Program-made: the position numbers and the translations under genes | The notes under the pieces: model-generated | Database searches by the model: none | What the model saw: the letters and a program-made list of their open reading frames with translations, nothing else | Told to the model about the DNA's origin: nothing | Assembly: GCF_964059035.1 (NCBI RefSeq) | Contig: NZ_OZ060380.1 | Span: forward strand, 115,416-139,415 | Direction of reading: 5' to 3' | Length of the DNA stretch: 24,000 nucleotides | Source: Buchnera aphidicola (Periphyllus testudinaceus) | GTDB lineage: Bacteria > Pseudomonadota > Gammaproteobacteria > Enterobacterales > Enterobacteriaceae | Shown here: piece by piece, positions 21,049 through 24,000 of the stretch | Position numbering within the stretch: position 1 is the first letter of the stretch | How the letters are laid out: every line of letters starts with the position of its first letter

Positions 21049-21618
21049 AATATATTATTAGTTAAATTATAGGAGTAAATTTTTTATTATTTTTTACTTA
21101 TAAAAGACAGATTAAATTAATTTTTTGTTGGAAAAATGAAATTTAAATTTAAATATATTAAAAAATTTTTCAAGATTTTTAATTTAATATTTTAAATTAA
21201 TAATTATGTTTTATAGTTTTAAAAAAAAATATAAAATTATATTAAAATTTATTATTTAAGAAAATAAATTTTTTTAATATTTTTGTTTTTTAAAAAATTT
21301 TACTATTTTATTTTTTATAGATTTATTTTATAAATATATGTTGTATTATTTTTTTTTTTTTATTTTTTATTTTTTAAATATTTTTTATTCAAATTATTTT
21401 TAATAATTATTTAAATTATAAAAAAATTAAAATTTTTTAAGATTATTTTTAAAATTTTTATTGTGTTTTTATATAATATTTTAATTATATAAAATAAATT
21501 TTATTAATTTTTGTATTTTATTAGATATTTTTTTATAATTTTTAAAAAATTATGTTTTATTTTAAATTATTAAAATAATTATTTTTAATATTTTTAATAC
21601 ATGTAAAGAAAAAATATG

Positions 21619-21651
21619 AAAAATAACTTTTTTTTTAAAAAAGTTATTTTT
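21619..21651. terminator. Perfect 15-bp inverted repeat upstream of cvpA, possible intrinsic terminator
   Basis: AAAAATAACTTTTTT (21619-21633), TTT loop, AAAAAAGTTATTTTT (21637-21651), followed by TT. Single C:G pair; rest A:T. Confidence 0.4.
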
Positions 21652-21689
21652 TTAATAAGGTATAGATTAATAAAAAATTTGGAAAAAGT

Positions 21690-22166
21690 ATGAATAAATA
21701 TGATTATTATATTGTTTTTATCGTTTTTTTATCTTCTATGATAGGTTTAATTCGAGGATTTGTGAGAGAAACTTTTTCTCTATTAATGTTTTTTTTAGGT
21801 ATTTTTATATTTTATATATTTTATTTTTATATTTTAGACGAGTTATCTTTTGTTGATCAATTTTTTACTAAATTAATTTGTATTTTTATATTTTTTGGAT
21901 TGATAGTTTTATTATGTGAATGTTTTGTTTTTTATTTTTTTAAAGATTTTTTTAAATTTATTGGAAATTTTTATTTTAATAATTTAGTTTTAGGGTTTTT
22001 TTTTGGTTTTTTTAGAGGTTTTAGTTTAATTTTTTTATGTATTTATGTATTTAATAATATTTTTCATATAAATAATTATTTTTATTTAAAAGATTCATTT
22101 TTAATTCCATTTTTTTTTAAGTTTATGTATTTTTTTAATTTTTTTAATAAAAATCATGTTGTATAA
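21690..22166 (+). CDS. cvpA: CvpA family inner membrane protein
   Basis: IGLIRGFVRETFSL, LGFFFGFFRGF and a hydrophobic multi-helix profile match the CvpA family. SD GGA upstream. Confidence 0.9.
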   Translation: MNKYDYYIVFIVFLSSMIGLIRGFVRETFSLLMFFLGIFIFYIFYFYILDELSFVDQFFTKLICIFIFFGLIVLLCECFVFYFFKDFFKFIGNFYFNNLVLGFFFGFFRGFSLIFLCIYVFNNIFHINNYFYLKDSFLIPFFFKFMYFFNFFNKNHVV

Positions 22167-22241
22167 AAAAAATTATTTTTATTTATGTTATCTTATTATA
22201 ATTATTTCATAATAAAAAAATAATTATGGGAGAAAAAATAA

Positions 22242-22730
22242 ATGATTGAAAAAATTATATATGCCTCTCGATGGTTTATGTTTCCAGTATATTTTGGTTT
22301 GTCTTTTGGATTTATTTTACTAACTTTAAAATTTTTCCAAGAAGTTTTATATATTCTTCCAGAAATACTTATTATTTCAGAATCTGGTTTAGTTTTAGTT
22401 GTATTATCTTTAATTGATATTGCTTTAGTAGGTGGATTATTAGTTATGGTAATGTTTTCTGGATATGAAAATTTTATATCTAAAATGGATATTAAAGATA
22501 ATCAAAAAAGATTAGGTTGGATGGGAACTATGGATGTAAATTCCATTAAAAATAAAGTTGCTTCTTCTATTGTTGCTATTTCTTCTGTTCATTTATTAAG
22601 ATTATTTATGGAAGCTGAAAAAGTTTTAGATAATAAAATAATTTTATGTGTAGTTATTCATTTAACTTTTGTCCTTTCTGCTTTTGGAATGGCGTATATT
22701 GATAAAATGAGTAAAAAAATAAAAAAATAA
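22242..22730 (+). CDS. yqhA: UPF0114 / YqhA family membrane protein
   Basis: [93 protein letters not shown] match E. coli YqhA closely. Confidence 0.95.
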   Translation: MIEKIIYASRWFMFPVYFGLSFGFILLTLKFFQEVLYILPEILIISESGLVLVVLSLIDIALVGGLLVMVMFSGYENFISKMDIKDNQKRLGWMGTMDVNSIKNKVASSIVAISSVHLLRLFMEAEKVLDNKIILCVVIHLTFVLSAFGMAYIDKMSKKIKK

Positions 22731-22776
22731 AAATTATTTCTTTAAAATTAATTTTTTTATGAAAAATTTAATAAAA

Positions 22777-23724
22777 TTAATGTTCAAACATAGCTGAAAT
22801 AGATTCTTCATTGCTTATTCTTTTTATTGCTTCAGCAAGCATATGAGCTAGAGTTAATGTTCGAACATTAGATAATTTTTTTATATTTTTGGATAATGGA
22901 ATTGTATCACATACAATAATTTCATTGATTTCAGATTTTTTAATATTTTGTAATATATTTCCTGAAAATACAGGATGAGTAGCGTATGCAAATATTCGAT
23001 TTGCTCCTCTTTTTTTAAGAGCATTGGAAGCATTACATAAAGTTCCTCCAGTATCTATTATATCATCTACTAATATACAATCTCTATTTTTAACATCGCC
23101 AATAATGTTCATTACTTGAGAAATATTTGTATTTGGTCTTCTTTTATCGATAATTGCTATATCTGTATCATTTAAAAGTTTAGCTATTGCTCTTGCTCGA
23201 ATAACACCCCCAATATCTGGAGATACGACTACAGGTTTGTAAAAATTTTTTTTTAACATATCTTCTAAAAAAATTAAACTTCCAAAAACGTTATCTACTG
23301 GTACATCAAAAAATCCTTGAATTTGTTCTGCATGAAGATCAACGGTTAATACTCTATCTATTCCAACATTTGATAAAAAATCTGCAATTACTTTAGCTGT
23401 TATTGGGACTCTAGCTGATCTAACTCTTTTATCTTGTCTAGAATATCCAAAATATGGTATTACTGCTGTAATTCTTCCAGCAGAAGCTCTTCTTAAAGCA
23501 TCTATAATTACAATTAGTTCCATTAAATTATCATTTGAAGGAGAACAAATTGATTGTATTATAAAAACGTCTCCTCCTCTTACGTTTTCGTTAATTTCTA
23601 CATTAATTTCTCCATCACTAAATCGGTTTACTATAGATTTTCCTAAATTAGAATTAAGAATTTTTACAATAAAATTTACTAATTTAGGAACAGAATTTCC
23701 AGCAAATAATTTTAAATCATCCAT
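22777..23724 (-). CDS. prs: Ribose-phosphate pyrophosphokinase
   Basis: 315 aa, same length as E. coli Prs. [69 protein letters not shown]. Confidence 0.98.
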   Translation of the reverse strand: MDDLKLFAGNSVPKLVNFIVKILNSNLGKSIVNRFSDGEINVEINENVRGGDVFIIQSICSPSNDNLMELIVIIDALRRASAGRITAVIPYFGYSRQDKRVRSARVPITAKVIADFLSNVGIDRVLTVDLHAEQIQGFFDVPVDNVFGSLIFLEDMLKKNFYKPVVVSPDIGGVIRARAIAKLLNDTDIAIIDKRRPNTNISQVMNIIGDVKNRDCILVDDIIDTGGTLCNASNALKKRGANRIFAYATHPVFSGNILQNIKKSEINEIIVCDTIPLSKNIKKLSNVRTLTLAHMLAEAIKRISNEESISAMFEH

Positions 23725-24000
23725 ATTAATTCCTATTTTTGTTTAAATATTTTTAAATATTTTTTAAAATAAATTAAATATATAAAAATTATAAAAATAA
23801 AAAAATTTTTTTGTTAATTATTAATTTATTATTTTTTATAAATTTTAATAATATAAATATATTTATAATTATTTTATATTATAAATTTTATTAAAAAAAT
23901 AAAAAATGTATTTAAAAGAATTTTTTTTATATTTTAAAATAATACAAAAATAATTTTTTAAAATTTATATAATTTATTTATATAATATAAAAAATTTTAT

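Noticed and set aside
21136-21195. Short ATG-started reading (MKFKFKYIKKFFKIFNLIF) in the nuoN-cvpA gap
   Set aside because: Only 19 codons, low-complexity Lys/Phe composition that A/T-only sequence yields by chance; no convincing product.
22731-22776. Possible terminator between convergent yqhA and prs
   Set aside because: Only weak imperfect A/T complementarity was seen; nothing distinguishable from background composition.
1-24000. Search for CRISPR arrays, transposons, phage genes, toxin-antitoxin or other defence modules, tRNA/rRNA genes
   Set aside because: No spaced direct repeats, transposase or integrase motifs, or cloverleaf/rRNA-like GC-richer segments were recognised; nearly all the sequence is accounted for by conserved housekeeping genes. 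A tRNAscan/Infernal run would be the decisive check.

Overview
This is an extremely AT-rich, single-contig stretch of an insect-endosymbiont-type gammaproteobacterial chromosome. Gene content and order (ileS / rpsT / dnaJ-dnaK / nuoABCDEFGHIJKLMN / cvpA / yqhA / prs) and protein sequence look like Buchnera aphidicola. The 5' ~2.17 kb is the N-terminal part of ileS on the minus strand, running off the left edge. It is followed by rpsT (+, TTG start), the dnaK-dnaJ heat-shock operon (-), an apparently complete 13-gene complex I operon (+), cvpA (+), a UPF0114/yqhA gene (+) and prs (-). No rRNA, tRNA, CRISPR, mobile element, toxin-antitoxin, defence or phage system could be recognised, and I found no convincing novel multi-gene system. 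Points worth a second look: a strong terminator-like hairpin between dnaK and dnaJ; a sigma32-like promoter overlapping a small palindrome upstream of dnaK; perfect inverted repeats in several intergenic gaps; a ~640 bp gene-free AT-rich gap after nuoN (possible erased folC); yqhA in the chromosome next to prs, when it is usually plasmid-borne in Buchnera; poly(A) tracts inside ileS and nuoB; an in-frame 12-bp tandem duplication in nuoB; and several start codons that the raw ORF track misplaces (nuoG, nuoI, nuoK, nuoN).
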